Of a stretch of DNA of 64,000 nucleotides, positions 49,714 to 61,142 are shown in pieces. Both the position numbers and the translations under genes were made by a program. Each line of letters starts with the position of its first letter. Positions within the stretch are counted from its first letter, which is position 1. Under the pieces are notes generated by a model. The model was not told the origin of the DNA, searched no databases, and saw only the letters and a list, made by a program, of their open reading frames with translations. This DNA comes from Candidatus Spongiisociaceae bacterium (GTDB taxonomy: Bacteria; Actinomycetota; Acidimicrobiia; Spongiisociales; Spongiisociaceae): positions 4,352,001-4,416,000 of the forward strand of contig OZ253564.1 in assembly GCA_965262915.1 (NCBI GenBank). Direction: 5' to 3'.

Positions 49714-51529
49714 CCTGAATCCACCGGTAGATATTCTGTGGTTGGGGGTGGATAGACGCGGAAAGTGCCTCTGATCTGGGACAATAGCCATACGAAACAT
49801 GGTGATTGGCTCGGAGTCTGGAGGCACTTCCTGTGAGTGGAGTATTGCAGAATATCGACCGGTATGAGGCGGTTTTCGATGATGAGGGGCTGGTGGCCGA
49901 CGCTGGGTTGTTGGCGGCCGGGACGTTGATGGGTCGTTTGGGTTTGGAAGGTTTGGTGGATCGGACGGTGCGGTTGGGCGGCCGGGTGGGTGGCGCGCAT
50001 CCGGGTCGTAAGGTATGCACGTTGGTAGCTGCGATGCTGGTGGGCGCCTCCCATATTGACCATGTGGATCGGCTCCGGGCCGGTTCCACCGACCGGGTGC
50101 TGCCCCATGCGGTGATGGCCCCGTCCACTGTGGGAACCTTCCTGCGTTCGTTCACCTGGGGTCATGTACGCCAGTTGGAGAAGGTGGTGACCGTAGCGCT
50201 GGGCCGTGCGTGGGGGGCGGGCGCCGGTCCCGGCAAGGGAGCGGTGACCCTCGATGTGGACTCGACGATCTGTGAGGTGTCTGCCAAGACCGAACAAGGG
50301 GCCGCCTATGGCTACACCAAAGAGTTGGGTTATCACCCGCTGTTGGCGTTCCGAGCCGATACGGGGGAAGTGGTCGGCGCCCGTCTGCGGGAAGGAGCAT
50401 CGCAGAGGGGTGTGGTCCATTTCGTTGGGGAGACAGTGCGGCGTGTGCGACGGGCCGGGGCCAGGGGCCCGGTGAGCGTGCGGGCCGATTCGGGGTTCTG
50501 GTCCTATGGCCTCTTGGCCGCCCTCGACCGCCTCGGGGTGGGCTGGTCGATCACCTGCCCGCTGAATGCCAAGATTAGGACACTGATCAGCAATATCGAC
50601 GAAGACGCGTGGACCCCCATTGCCTATCCCGAAGGCGGGCTGGCACAAGTGGGGGAAACAGTCCTGGAGATGACCAACCCCAAGAAACGGTCGCAGAAAC
50701 GCCGGGTTCGCCTCGTGGTGCGCCGCACCCGCCTGCTCGGTTCCCAAGCCGAGCTGTGGCCCGACTGGCGATACCACGCGTTCGTCACCAACCTGGACCT
50801 GCCCGCGGCAGAAGCCGACCGGCGCCACCAACCCCGGGCCGGACAAGACGACACCGGCCACCAACCCCGCCGCGGAGAACAAGACACCGAACCGGCCGAA
50901 CTGCCGGTGGTAGAGATCGGTGACAACCCTGGGGAAGCGCACAGCCCGCTGCCCGCGGTCGAAATCGACCGGTACCACCGCCGCCACGCCACATGCGAAC
51001 TCGCCATCCGCGACCTCAAAGACTCCGGGGGTCTCGCCCACCTACCCTCCGGCGTCTTCGCAGCTAACGCCGCCTGGCTGATCTGCGCCGCCCTAGCCCA
51101 TAACCTCTACCGGCAGATAGCCCTCCTCGGGGGTACGCAGCCGCCCGGGCGGCTGGTCTGTGGACGTACCATCCGTACCCGACTGTTCGGACTCCCTGGA
51201 CGCCTCGTCAACCACGGCGGACGCCGCCTCCTGCGTCTACCCGCCCGATGGCCCTGGGCCGGCGCCTACCTAACCACCCTCACTAACCTCCGGGCGCTGC
51301 CCCAACTCAGCTGACCCGGCCCGACGGACCCGCCGCAACCATAACCAACCACCCAAACCCCGACCACACACGCCCGAAACCATCCCAACCAGCCTCCAAC
51401 ACTACCTAACCCACCAAACCACACCCACCACACCCCCGAAACCCCCCGAATCCAACCAGCCCCAACCCCTCAACCCCCCACCAACCGCACCCCGGACCAC
51501 CCCCCGGGGAGGCCGTCGGTGGATTCAGG
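49714..51529 (+). mobile_element. IS1380-family element, copy A (transposase 49806-51314)
   Basis: TIR CCTGAATCCACCG; LDVDST, GYHPL, VRADSGF, ELAIRDLK, FAANAAW. Confidence 0.92.
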
Positions 51530-51781
51530 CTAAACAACCGACCACGCCAGATCCTCGGCTGGCAAACACCCCACCAAGCATTAACAGCCGTAACCAAACA
51601 AACATCTTGAACACTCCGATGCCCACGGCGTTGGTCATTGAGACGACCCACGACCACAAGGAGCCTCCACGGAGATATCGCGACGAAACACTCCTCTAAA
51701 CCTCACACGGCCGAAACAACGGGGACTGACACGCCGCTTCACTACCTCAACTCTAAGCTACAAGACAGCCATCCGTTGCGT

Positions 51782-52861
51782 TCACCGATTGAGACCACCG
51801 ACAAAACACAACGGTTTGGGTGCGTATCTGTGTATGAACTCGGCCATGGGTGTGGTCTCAGCGACCGAAGCTCCCTGTGTCGGGTTTTGGTCCCGCGACC
51901 GGTGTGCCTGGTGATAATGCGACTCGATCCACCGCCGCCAGTCGTTGATCTGTGCCACCCCTGTCCGGGTGTGCTGGTCAAAGTGATCCTTTGTTTTCAG
52001 CACCACGCAAGAGTCGGGTGTTTCGAGTTCTACCAGTACCCAACGTATCCCGTTCGAGTCGATATCCGCGAGCAGGAAGTCAGCGACATACTTATCGCCG
52101 AAGTGGACCTTCGGGCGGCAGTACCGTGACGGTCCTCGCAGCAGTGAGGCAAATAGTTGGGGACGTTCCTCCAATAGTTCCTGGATCGGTTTCTCACAAG
52201 TCGCTTCGTCAATGACTCGTCTTAGCTCTTCAATGTCCGCGTCGGTCACGTCGTCGGTTACCGCGTAGGGCTCCAACGCGGCCAGCTTCTCCTTGGAGAT
52301 CGTCTTTGTGCGTGCGCGTTTCGCGGCCCGGTTCTTGGCGATCTGACGCGCTTGGGTGCTGTCCTCTGAGTTGTCGCCGTGCCCGGCGATCATTGTCAGT
52401 TGGTCGGGCCAAGCGCCGGCACCTCGGCCGCCGGTGAAATACACCCGTCCGTCATCTCCGATCGACGAGACCTCATCGAACCGCCTGGCAGACGGGTTTC
52501 GTGACACCACGTCACCCTTCGCCAACCGGAGCTGCTCCAACGACTGCAGGCGTTGTCTCAAGTACAAACACCGGATCCATGCTTCGGCTTCCTCATAGCT
52601 GTCAACCGCGGCTGGTATCGCGACAGACATCGTCGCGGCCAGCTCCGCCATGAACTCCTGCTGCGCATCGGTGCTCTTGCGCGGAGCGACCCCGAAATGG
52701 CTGTCCACAGCCGAACGCACCCGGGCTGCAGCCACCAGTTGTGGCAGGCTCTCGGGCAACTCCACACCTACAGACGACGCGAACGCCCGAGAGTCTTCGT
52801 CACAGCGGGCAATCGTGCGGCGAATAGCCGCTACAGCACCTTCCCAGCTTGTACGCGCCAA
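51782..52861 (-). CDS. Shedu (DUF4263) nuclease with N-terminal extension, probably 3'-truncated
   Basis: EKPIQELLE..P, ADFL, LVELETP, GVAQINDW; tail after ..SRDQN looks non-homologous. Confidence 0.75.
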   Translation of the reverse strand: MARTSWEGAVAAIRRTIARCDEDSRAFASSVGVELPESLPQLVAAARVRSAVDSHFGVAPRKSTDAQQEFMAELAATMSVAIPAAVDSYEEAEAWIRCLYLRQRLQSLEQLRLAKGDVVSRNPSARRFDEVSSIGDDGRVYFTGGRGAGAWPDQLTMIAGHGDNSEDSTQARQIAKNRAAKRARTKTISKEKLAALEPYAVTDDVTDADIEELRRVIDEATCEKPIQELLEERPQLFASLLRGPSRYCRPKVHFGDKYVADFLLADIDSNGIRWVLVELETPDSCVVLKTKDHFDQHTRTGVAQINDWRRWIESHYHQAHRSRDQNPTQGASVAETTPMAEFIHRYAPKPLCFVGGLNR

Positions 52862-53099
52862 CCGTTCTCCTCCCGACTCGGCGACGGTAGCCGTCTGTGA
52901 CCGGACCGTCTACAGGTTGACAGGATGACCGCCCTTCGAATAGTGGCTTCGGTGCCAAGCACATCGTCGTAGCCCACCTATGATGCTGATCGCCCATCTG
53001 CCCTGGACCAGAGAACCGCCGCCCGGATCGCCCATCGTCGGTAGGACATTAAGGATCTTCCGTAGTCTGGGTTCTCAGCAACCGCCTGGTCTAGGGTTC

Positions 53100-55035
53100 C
53101 TACCCGATGCCGGCCGCTGGACTAAGTGCTTCAACGTCTCGGTCCGAGATTCGCTGGATCAGTCGGTAGACCCTTCCTGCTTTAACTGCGCCATCCACAT
53201 AGTCTTGGTAGGCCTGCAAGGCGTTCTCGATCAGTTCGTCGTACATCACCACTCTCGCGCTGGACGCGCCAAGCACTTCTCGAGAACGCCGCTCACTCGT
53301 AGAAGTATCGCCCCAATCGCTTAGTGGTCTGCCGACGACGCAGACTATCTCTACGGGTTCGTTGCTCCGGCCGGCTGCGGCGAGTATTTTCTCAGCGGCA
53401 GTGTAATATTTTGATACTTGCTCGTTCAGAGCATTGGTAGTGATGCGTCTCTGCGCCCGTTTGAGTTCAATGATGACGTGCTTGTTCCCGGTGGTGCTGT
53501 ACTTGACATCCACCCTTGCCCGCTTCTGTTCTGCGGTCAGCGCATCGCACACCTCGTCGAGAGCGGTTTGCATGCTTCTTTCCATGTGCTCGGTGCGGGT
53601 TGCTCTCTCCCAGGAAGGGTCTAGCAGCCAGAGATGCTTGTACAGGTGCTCCTGCATCGCCCGCTCCTTGGCGTTCTGCTGCAGGACGTCTAGGTTATGC
53701 GTCCGAGGTCGTCCAGTTGGACGAACACCTGCTGATCTGGTCCAGTCTGTGGAGCAGGTTCCTGAGCTTGAGGCTCTCGAAAGCGAGGACACCACTCACG
53801 ACGAGTTGTCTCTTGTTGGGCTCGCCCTCAATCGGCAATTCGTTGATGCGACCGAATAGCCGCCGGGCGGCCACCTTCTGGTCAGGGTCCAGTTCTGTGA
53901 ACCACTCTTGGATCCCCGGGTAAGCAACGGCCTGCTTCGTTCCCTGTGACCTGCGCAGTTCGGTCCATCGACTCTGGACGTACTTCAGCTCATACCGTAG
54001 CTTGGTCTTGAGGGCTTGGTAGCGGGGGTCCTCTTCGATGAGCTTCTGGCGGCTTGTGGTGGCTATGTCCTCTTCGTCATCCATGTCAAGGAAGTCGGCG
54101 TGGATCTCGCCGAGTATGTACTTGGTGTAGAGGCCGCCCTCGCCGAACTCTTCCAGAATGTCCTCTTGGGCCAGCTTGCCCCGGACGAGGACCACTAGCT
54201 TGTTGATACTTTCGGATGTCTCCGTATCCTTGAGTTGCCCCGCCTTGGAGGCCGTTCCGATCCACCCGTCGATAACCCACTCGGGGTGCCCCTCTATCTC
54301 ACCGGAGCGGGTGTCATGGTTCTCGAGGTTGCTGGCCGTGCTAGCAACGCTTTGGCCTAGGTCACCGAGGGTCCAGATGTACTGGACTTTGTCCTGGTAT
54401 TCGCGGTCGGTTGCCGTTATCGGGTGGCCGTCCAGTGTGATCTCGAACCGGTGTTCTGGTCCGATGATGCTGAATCGCCGGGCGAGGCGCCTTCTCAACG
54501 GCTTGCCTGTCCACTGGAGTTGGCGCTTCATGTCCGTAAGGGTGATGCGGGTGCCTTGGTCGAGGTCGACCTCATGCGCAACCGGGTCAGGCTCGTATTG
54601 TCCTTCGGCGCCGTTTCGGAGTTTCGTCTTGATGTCTTCCGCGTTCATGACGAAGCCGTGCTTCTGGCCACGGGCAACGCTCTCGACTTGGACGGTACGG
54701 GTGATCGAGAACAGGGACAGCTTCCCGATTCCCTTGCGTCCCATGACCGCTCGACCGAACCGCGGGGTCAGGGGTTCGGTGTTGCGCCGCTCGTATCCGA
54801 CGTGCAAGTACTTCTGGTTGGCGTCTTCAACCGTCATGCCGTGCCCGTCGTCCTCAATCACCACCCGGCCCTCAGTCGCATTGATGGATATCCGAACATG
54901 CTCAGCGTCGGCATCCCACGAGTTAGCAACCACCTCCGAAAGTACTGCAGCCACGTTCGAGTACAGCCCGAGGCCCAGGTGCCGGAGCACGTTCAAGCTC
55001 ACAGTCATCTGATACTTCGGACGGCCGGTACTCAC
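53100..55035 (-). pseudogene. GHKL-ATPase/nuclease restriction enzyme (HgiDII-like), frameshifted
   Basis: EVVANSWDA, DDGHGM, GRKGIGK; C-terminal HLWLLDPSWE, RVD..IIELK in another frame; break near 53690-53730. Confidence 0.82.
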
Positions 55036-55491
55036 TCCGTCTCCTCCAGGTGAGCTACGATCGAGCTACCGATCGCCTCGCCTAGTTGGACCGGGACAGC
55101 ATTACCGATGAGGCGAGCCATAGGCTTTATCTTCACAGCGGTACCTTCAGGAACGAACGAGTAGTCGGCCGGGAAGGTCTGGAGTAGGGCACCCTCTCGC
55201 AGGGAGATAGCACGATCCTGTTCGGGATGGCCGAACCGTCCGTTCCCAAAGCCAGGGAACTGTGTGGTGATGGTAGGGGCCGGACGGTCCCACTCCATTC
55301 GCCCATAAACCCCCGGATAGGTACGCCCGCTGGGTCTGGTATGGCAGGCGGCCCGTAGAGACTTGTCCCAGTCCCGCCACGTTCCGCCAGCCTTGGCCTC
55401 GCGGATGCGCCTGAGGTTCTTGCTGGAGAGCCCCCTCGCCTTGTGTAGAGGATCAGACTTGCCGACGCCACCAGCCGGGATCGACTCTAAA
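55032..55491 (-). pseudogene. C5 cytosine DNA methyltransferase, 3' half (inverted)
   Basis: LESIPAG..YGRM.WD..PTITT..HPEQDRAISLRE..LQTFP..IGNAVP. Confidence 0.92.
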
Positions 55492-57307
55492 CCTGAATCC
55501 ACCGACGGCCTCCCCGGGGGGTGGTCCGGGGTGCGGTTGGTGGGGGGTTGAGGGGTTGGGGCTGGTTGGATTCGGGGGGTTTCGGGGGTGTGGTGGGTGT
55601 GGTTTGGTGGGTTAGGTGGTGTTGGAGGCTGGTTGGGATGGTTTCGGGCGTGTGTGGCTGGGGTTTGGGTGGTTGGTTATGGTTGTGAGGGGTCCGTCGG
55701 GCCGGGTTAGCTGAGTTGGGGCAGCGCCCGGAGGTTAGTGAGGGTGGTTAGGTAGGCGCTGGCCTAGGGCCATCGGGCGGGTAGACGCAGCAGGCGGCGT
55801 CCGCCATGGTTCACGACCCGTCCAGGGAGCCCGAACAGTCGGGTACGGATAGTTCGTCCACAGACCAGCCGCCCAGCCCGATGCGTACCCCCGAGGAGGG
55901 CTATCTGCCGGTAGAGGTTATGAGCTAGGGCGGCGCAGATCAGCCAGGCGGCGTTAGCTGCGAAGACGCCGGAGGGTAGGTGGGCGAGACCCCCGGAGTC
56001 TTTGAGGTCGCGGATGGCGAGTTCGCATGTGGCGTGGCGGCGGTGGTACCGGTCGGCTTCGACCGCGGGCAGCGGGCTGTGCGCCTCCCCAGGGTTGTCA
56101 CCGGTCTCTACCGCCGACAGTTCGGCCACTTCGGTGTCTTGTTCGCCTCGGCGGGGTTGGTGGCCGGTGTCGTCTTGTCCGGCCCCGGGTTGGTGGTGCC
56201 GGTCGGCTTCGACCGCGGCTAGGTCCAGGTTGGTGACCAAGGTGTGGTACCGCCAGTCGGGCCATAGCTGGGCTTGGGAACCGAGCAGGCGGGTGCGGCG
56301 CACCACGAGACGGACCCGGCGCCGCTGCGACCGTTTCTTGGGGTTGGTCATCTCCAGGACGGTTTCCCCCACTTGTGCTTCGCCGCCCCGGGGATAGTCG
56401 ATGGGGGTCCACGCGTCTTTGTCGATATTGCTGATCAGTGTCCTGACCTTGTCGTTCACCTGGGTGGTGATCGACCATCCCACCCCGAGGTGGTCGAGGG
56501 CGGCCAAGAGGGCATAGGACCAGAACCCAGAATCGGCCCGCACGCTCACCGGGCCCCTGGCCCCGGCCCGTCGCACACGCCGGATCGTCTCCCCAACGAA
56601 ATGGACCACACCCCGCTGCGATGCTCCTGCACGCAGACGGGCACCGACCACCTCCCCCGTATCGGCTCGGAACGCCAACAGAGGGTGATAACCCAACTCC
56701 TTGGTGTAGCCGTAAGCGGCCCCTTGTTTGGTCTTGCCCGACACCGCACAGATCGTCGAGTCCAAATCAACGGTCACCGCTCCCTTACCGGGACCGGCGC
56801 CCGCCCGCCACGCACGACCCAGCGTCAAGGTCACCACCTTCTCCAACTGGCGTACATGACCCCAGGTGAACGAACGCAGGAAGGTTCCCACCGTGGAAGG
56901 GGCCATCACCGCATGGGGCAACACCCGATCAGTGGAACCCGCCCGGAGCCGACCCACATGATCAATATGAGAGGCGCCCACCAGCATCGCAGCTACCAAC
57001 GTGCACACCTTACGACCCGGATGCGCGCCACCCACCCGGCCGCCCAACCGCACCGTCCGATCCACCAAACCTTCCAAACCCAAACGGTCCATCAACGTCC
57101 CGGCCGCCAACAACCCAGCGTCGGCCACCAGCCCCTCATCATCGAAAACCGCCTCATACCGGTCGATATTCTGCAATACTCCACTCACAGGAAGTGCCTC
57201 CAGACTCCGAGCCAATCACCATGTTTCGTATGGCTATTGTCCCAGATCAGAGGCACTTTCCGCGTCTATCCACCCCCAACCACAGGATATCTACCGGTGG
57301 ATTCAGG
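55492..57307 (-). mobile_element. IS1380-family element, copy B (premature stop at 55764)
   Basis: Same TIRs as copy A, inverted orientation, diverged paralogue. Confidence 0.92.
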
Positions 57308-57344
57308 CTTAGCGGGTGACTGGGACGTGGTTGTTCGTGTTTGT

Positions 57345-57860
57345 TTATGTCCACCCGACGGTGAGTTTGCGTAGTAGGGCAGTGAGGGCTGCTTGTTCGT
57401 CTTTGTTAAGTACGTCGAGTCGTTGTAGGCGGTTGCGGGTGCGTGTCTGCACCATGCGCTCGGCGCTGGCGATGCCGTCAGGGGTGATGGCAAGGTTGGT
57501 TGACCGGCGGTCGGTAGGGTGGGGCACTCGTCTTGCGTACCCGCGTTGTTCGAGGCGGTCTATTCGGCTGACCATCGTTGCAGTGGTCATGCCTAGGTGT
57601 TTGGACACGTCGGTTGCGGTCACTGACTCGCCGTGGTGTCGGGCTGTGCGCAGGTACGCGAGTACTTGGTAGTCGCCTTGGTTGGCTAGTCCCTCGGTGG
57701 CGGCTATTTGGTCCATTGCCTCTCCTAGGAGGCTGGCGAGTTGCTCGATTCGGGCTGCTGGTTCGATCTCCCATACGGAGTTGTCTGACAGCGCCCGTTC
57801 CCATCTGCGGATCTTGCGTGTGATGATGTCTTCGGTGTGCTGTGTGGTTTCGCTGCGCAT
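57345..57860 (-). CDS. MarR-family regulator
   Basis: IDRLEQRGYARR.PHPTDRRS..TPDG. Confidence 0.85.
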   Translation of the reverse strand: MRSETTQHTEDIITRKIRRWERALSDNSVWEIEPAARIEQLASLLGEAMDQIAATEGLANQGDYQVLAYLRTARHHGESVTATDVSKHLGMTTATMVSRIDRLEQRGYARRVPHPTDRRSTNLAITPDGIASAERMVQTRTRNRLQRLDVLNKDEQAALTALLRKLTVGWT

Positions 57861-57889
57861 TCTCCCTTGCTCCGGTTCGTATCGGGAAC

Positions 57890-57933
57890 GCGGCTGGTTT
57901 CACGGCGATGTTTCCGGCCGTGAAACCAGTGCC
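57890..57933. terminator. Hairpin downstream of 57966-58631
   Basis: CTGGTTTCACGGC..GCCGTGAAACCAG inverted repeat. Confidence 0.55.
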
Positions 57934-57965
57934 GCCCCGGTGTGGACGGGTGTGTTTGGTTGGCT

Positions 57966-58631
57966 TTACGAGGAGGCTGGCTGTGCGTTCTGTAGTTGTG
58001 TCCGCATTCCGTCAAGGTCGGTGGGGACGGTTCCGGTGGTGAACCGCTCCGGCATCCGCGACTCCACGGTCCCGCTGTCGGAGACATCGAACACGCCGTT
58101 GTCGAGGCCCAGCGTTATGTAATAGGTTTGGTCGAGTGCGCTGCTGGTGCCGGGGAACTGCAGTCGGGGTGATGCTTCCTCCAGGCTGCGGCCTTTGAGG
58201 AACAGCAGCACTTTCTGGCCTGATCCGAGTGGGGTGAGACCGTCAGCTATGACCACCTGCTCGGTGTCGATGCGCCAGATGAGGACCGTGTCGCTGTGCT
58301 GGCCCTTGAGCGTCTCGGACACAGCAACCTCGTAGAACACAATGGGTATTGGGGTTATCCCGGCTCGTTCGTAGTCGGTCCTTTCGTTCGGGTCGGCAGT
58401 GCGATAGTCCTTCGCTCGTGCCGCCACTCCGGAAACGGTACCGACTACTACCAGGTCGGATGAGGTTGCCAGTTCGTCCAGCGACTGGTACACGAGGGAG
58501 CTGAACGCCATGTGCCGAACACCGGTGTCGTCGTCGCGCAGCAGTGTTACTGCCGCCGCTGCGGCCACCATGGCTGCGAGGGCCACGACGATGAGCATCC
58601 TTGCTCGGTAGAGCTGTCTGCTTGCTGTCAT
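57966..58631 (-). CDS. Membrane-anchored exported protein
   Basis: N-terminal TM; YQSLDELATSSDLVVVGTV..GQKVLLFL. Confidence 0.75.
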   Translation of the reverse strand: MTASRQLYRARMLIVVALAAMVAAAAAVTLLRDDDTGVRHMAFSSLVYQSLDELATSSDLVVVGTVSGVAARAKDYRTADPNERTDYERAGITPIPIVFYEVAVSETLKGQHSDTVLIWRIDTEQVVIADGLTPLGSGQKVLLFLKGRSLEEASPRLQFPGTSSALDQTYYITLGLDNGVFDVSDSGTVESRMPERFTTGTVPTDLDGMRTQLQNAQPASS

Positions 58632-58697
58632 CTTTATCGTCCTCCCTTTCGTGGTTGGGTGGGCACGTCGGCTCGTGTTGTCCTACTCACTCGTGCA

Positions 58698-59315
58698 TCA
58701 GGGGTAAACGTCCCTCACGCCCGCCCGGTCGTCAGCCGCCGGGAATGACGTGCAAGCGTTCAGGGCTTCGGGGACGTTCATGACCCGGCACGCCCAGGAG
58801 CGCTCGTCAAGCCCGTAGGCATGCCCGAGTTCATGTACGGCAATGACGACCCGTTGGGCGTCTGTGAGCGACCCGGTGTTGCTGGCATCGAAATCGATCG
58901 TGACCTCGTTGCCGCTGTACTCCCCACTGCTGCAGGCCCAGGACGCTAAGGCGTAGTTGTCGCTGCTGTAGGACCCGTCAATGACGTTGATCTCGGGATC
59001 CGGCGACGCTGACCGCTCGCTGAAGTGCCCGGGTACGTCATACGCCGAATCCCAGTCCGCCTGTCCGTCGCCGAACGCGTCCTCGTGGTCGTCGCTCACG
59101 GAGAAGAAGCGGTAGGAAATGGGGCTGATCGAATCCGGGTCGTACTTGCATCCGTGCAGCTCGTAGGCGGCAGCCGCCTTCGGTAACACCACCATCAAGG
59201 CGAGGGCAGCAAACAGGGCGGCAACCGCGGCCACCTCGATCCTCCAGTACGGCGACCCCGACACGACTCGGCAGGCAGGCGCGCCGGTCTCTTTGTGGCG
59301 GTTGAGATACCTCAT
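58698..59315 (-). CDS. Secreted metzincin-like zinc metalloprotease
   Basis: Signal ..AAAY; HELGHAYGLD, Met-turn VM, DDRAGV..Y. Confidence 0.8.
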   Translation of the reverse strand: MRYLNRHKETGAPACRVVSGSPYWRIEVAAVAALFAALALMVVLPKAAAAYELHGCKYDPDSISPISYRFFSVSDDHEDAFGDGQADWDSAYDVPGHFSERSASPDPEINVIDGSYSSDNYALASWACSSGEYSGNEVTIDFDASNTGSLTDAQRVVIAVHELGHAYGLDERSWACRVMNVPEALNACTSFPAADDRAGVRDVYP

Positions 59316-59420
59316 CTGCTCCCTCTCCTTCCCAGCCCCGCTGAGGGACTGTCTAGAAGCCTTCCCACACCGGAGGCCCGATATAGTACGGAGTCAGATT
59401 ACTCGAAGCTGAACTATCGT

Positions 59421-60853
59421 GGCTCATCGGATTTCAGTGGGGAGTGACCGATGGGAGTAGGTCCCAGTTGGGTTTCCCCGCGTAGAGAAGGGCGCGGATT
59501 CGGTAGTTCGCGAAGTTGCGGAACCCGAACGCTGCTCGTTTGATCCGTTTGATGAGGTTGTTGAGGGCTTCGGTGGGTCCGTTGGTTACCTTCGAGATGT
59601 GCCAGTTGGTGATCTGGGGGGTCCAGCGGGCGATGGTACGACCCAGCTTGTTGATCTCGGGTGGGCAGGATTCGTGTTGGAGGTCGTCTGCGAGCTGGAG
59701 GGTGTATCGGAGAGCAAGGACCGGACTCTCGATCCCGTAGATGCCTCGTACCGTCTCTTTCGCGTGCCAGGCTGTGCGCACTTCCCCGTAGGGGTCACCA
59801 GCATCGAGGAGACCACGCAGCCGTATTTGACCCCGGTCGCTGATCCTCTCATGCGCAGCGGTTAGGAGCCGCCGTATCCGATACAGCGGGTCATCCTTGC
59901 GGCCTCGATGCCCGAGGGTTTCGTTTTGGACTCTTCGTCGTACCTCGTCGAGACGCTGGTTGGCGAGGCGGATGACGTGGAACGGGTCCGCTACCTGCAG
60001 CGCGTGCGGCAGCACCCTGTCATACGCCTTCCGATACGAACCGGACATGTCCAACACCGCCCAGCGGATAGCCTCACACCATTCGGTGGGTTGTGACCGG
60101 AACCAGGCTGCGGCGCTTTCTGCTGTTCTACCAGGGACTATGTCGATCAGCTGGTGGCCGCCAACGTCGACGACAGAGGTGCACCAGACTTTGGTACGCC
60201 AACGGCCCCGACGCCAGAACAACGTCTCGTCCACTCCCACAGCTTCGACGGTCCCGACCCGATCGGTGTCTGCTTCCAGCAGCGCTTCGCCCCAGCGGCC
60301 AACCTCTTTGTTCACCGTATGCCAATCACAACCAAGTTCTGCGGCGACCTCGTCGACCGAACGGCCCCGCCCACCCACCTGGATGGTCACCCACCGGGCC
60401 GCTCGGGATGTCAACAACGCCCGTTGGGGACCAATCTTGGGGTCTTGTTCGATGAACGATCTGAGCGCACAGTCGGGGTTCGGACATGTCCAGCGCCGTT
60501 TCCGCCACCGCAGCCGCACAGGCCGGCCGAACGCCGGTAAATCCACCAACACAACCGTCCGATAGCCCTTCGACCACACCGACCCGCCACAGGACTCACA
60601 CAACGGCCGGGGCTTGCGGGACCGGATCACCACCTCCAACGGTGCCTCCTCGCCCGGGTCGTTGATCCCTACCAGATCAACCTCACCTAGGCCTACCAAC
60701 TTCTCGCACATGCGCGTAGGATCAGCTTCCACAGGGGTCCTCCTGCCTCGGATGTCATTACCAACACCCGATTATGGAGGACCCCTCCTCACTTCTGGTG
60801 GATTCCAACTCCCCCTGGCAGATCCCCTACTCCCCACTCATTTCCGAAGAGCC
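59421..60853 (-). mobile_element. ISL3-family element, intact (transposase 59434-60732)
   Basis: Ends GGCTC(A/T)TCGGA; 8-bp duplication ACTATCGT (59413-59420, 60854-60861). Confidence 0.95.
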
Positions 60854-61099
60854 ACTATCGTGCAACTAGTAGTGTGCACGGCGAGCTGGCAGCATAACCC
60901 CATCCCGGCCTTGGGACCGTGCACGCTGCGAACCGCGCACTTGCCAGAGCAAGCACGTGGGGGGAGCAGAGCTACAAGGTATCCCCCGTGTACGTGAGGG
61001 CCCCGCCCATCTTTGGCGACCTGGTTCAGCCCTCATCGCGTCGGTAAGGACTGCTCGCCCTCTACCGGCGCATGCCGCACAACCCGAGGCCTCGCGTAC

Positions 61100-61123
61100 G
61101 TCCGACAATGGGGATTGGCGGCC
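61100..61123 (+). other. Family-1 recombination site (distal)
   Basis: GTCCGACAA-TGGGGA-TTGGCGGCC; left arm is the exact reverse complement of the 41955 right arm. Confidence 0.55.
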
Positions 61124-61142
61124 GGTATGGCGAAACGCCAGT

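Noticed and set aside
51315-51520. C/A-rich low-complexity tract (mirror at 55500-55700)
   Set aside because: Lies inside both IS1380 copies as their right end
41940-61123. Repeats as a CRISPR array or classical attC sites
   Set aside because: Spacing is kilobase-scale and irregular; no cas genes; no RYYYAAC/GTTRRRY hairpins seen
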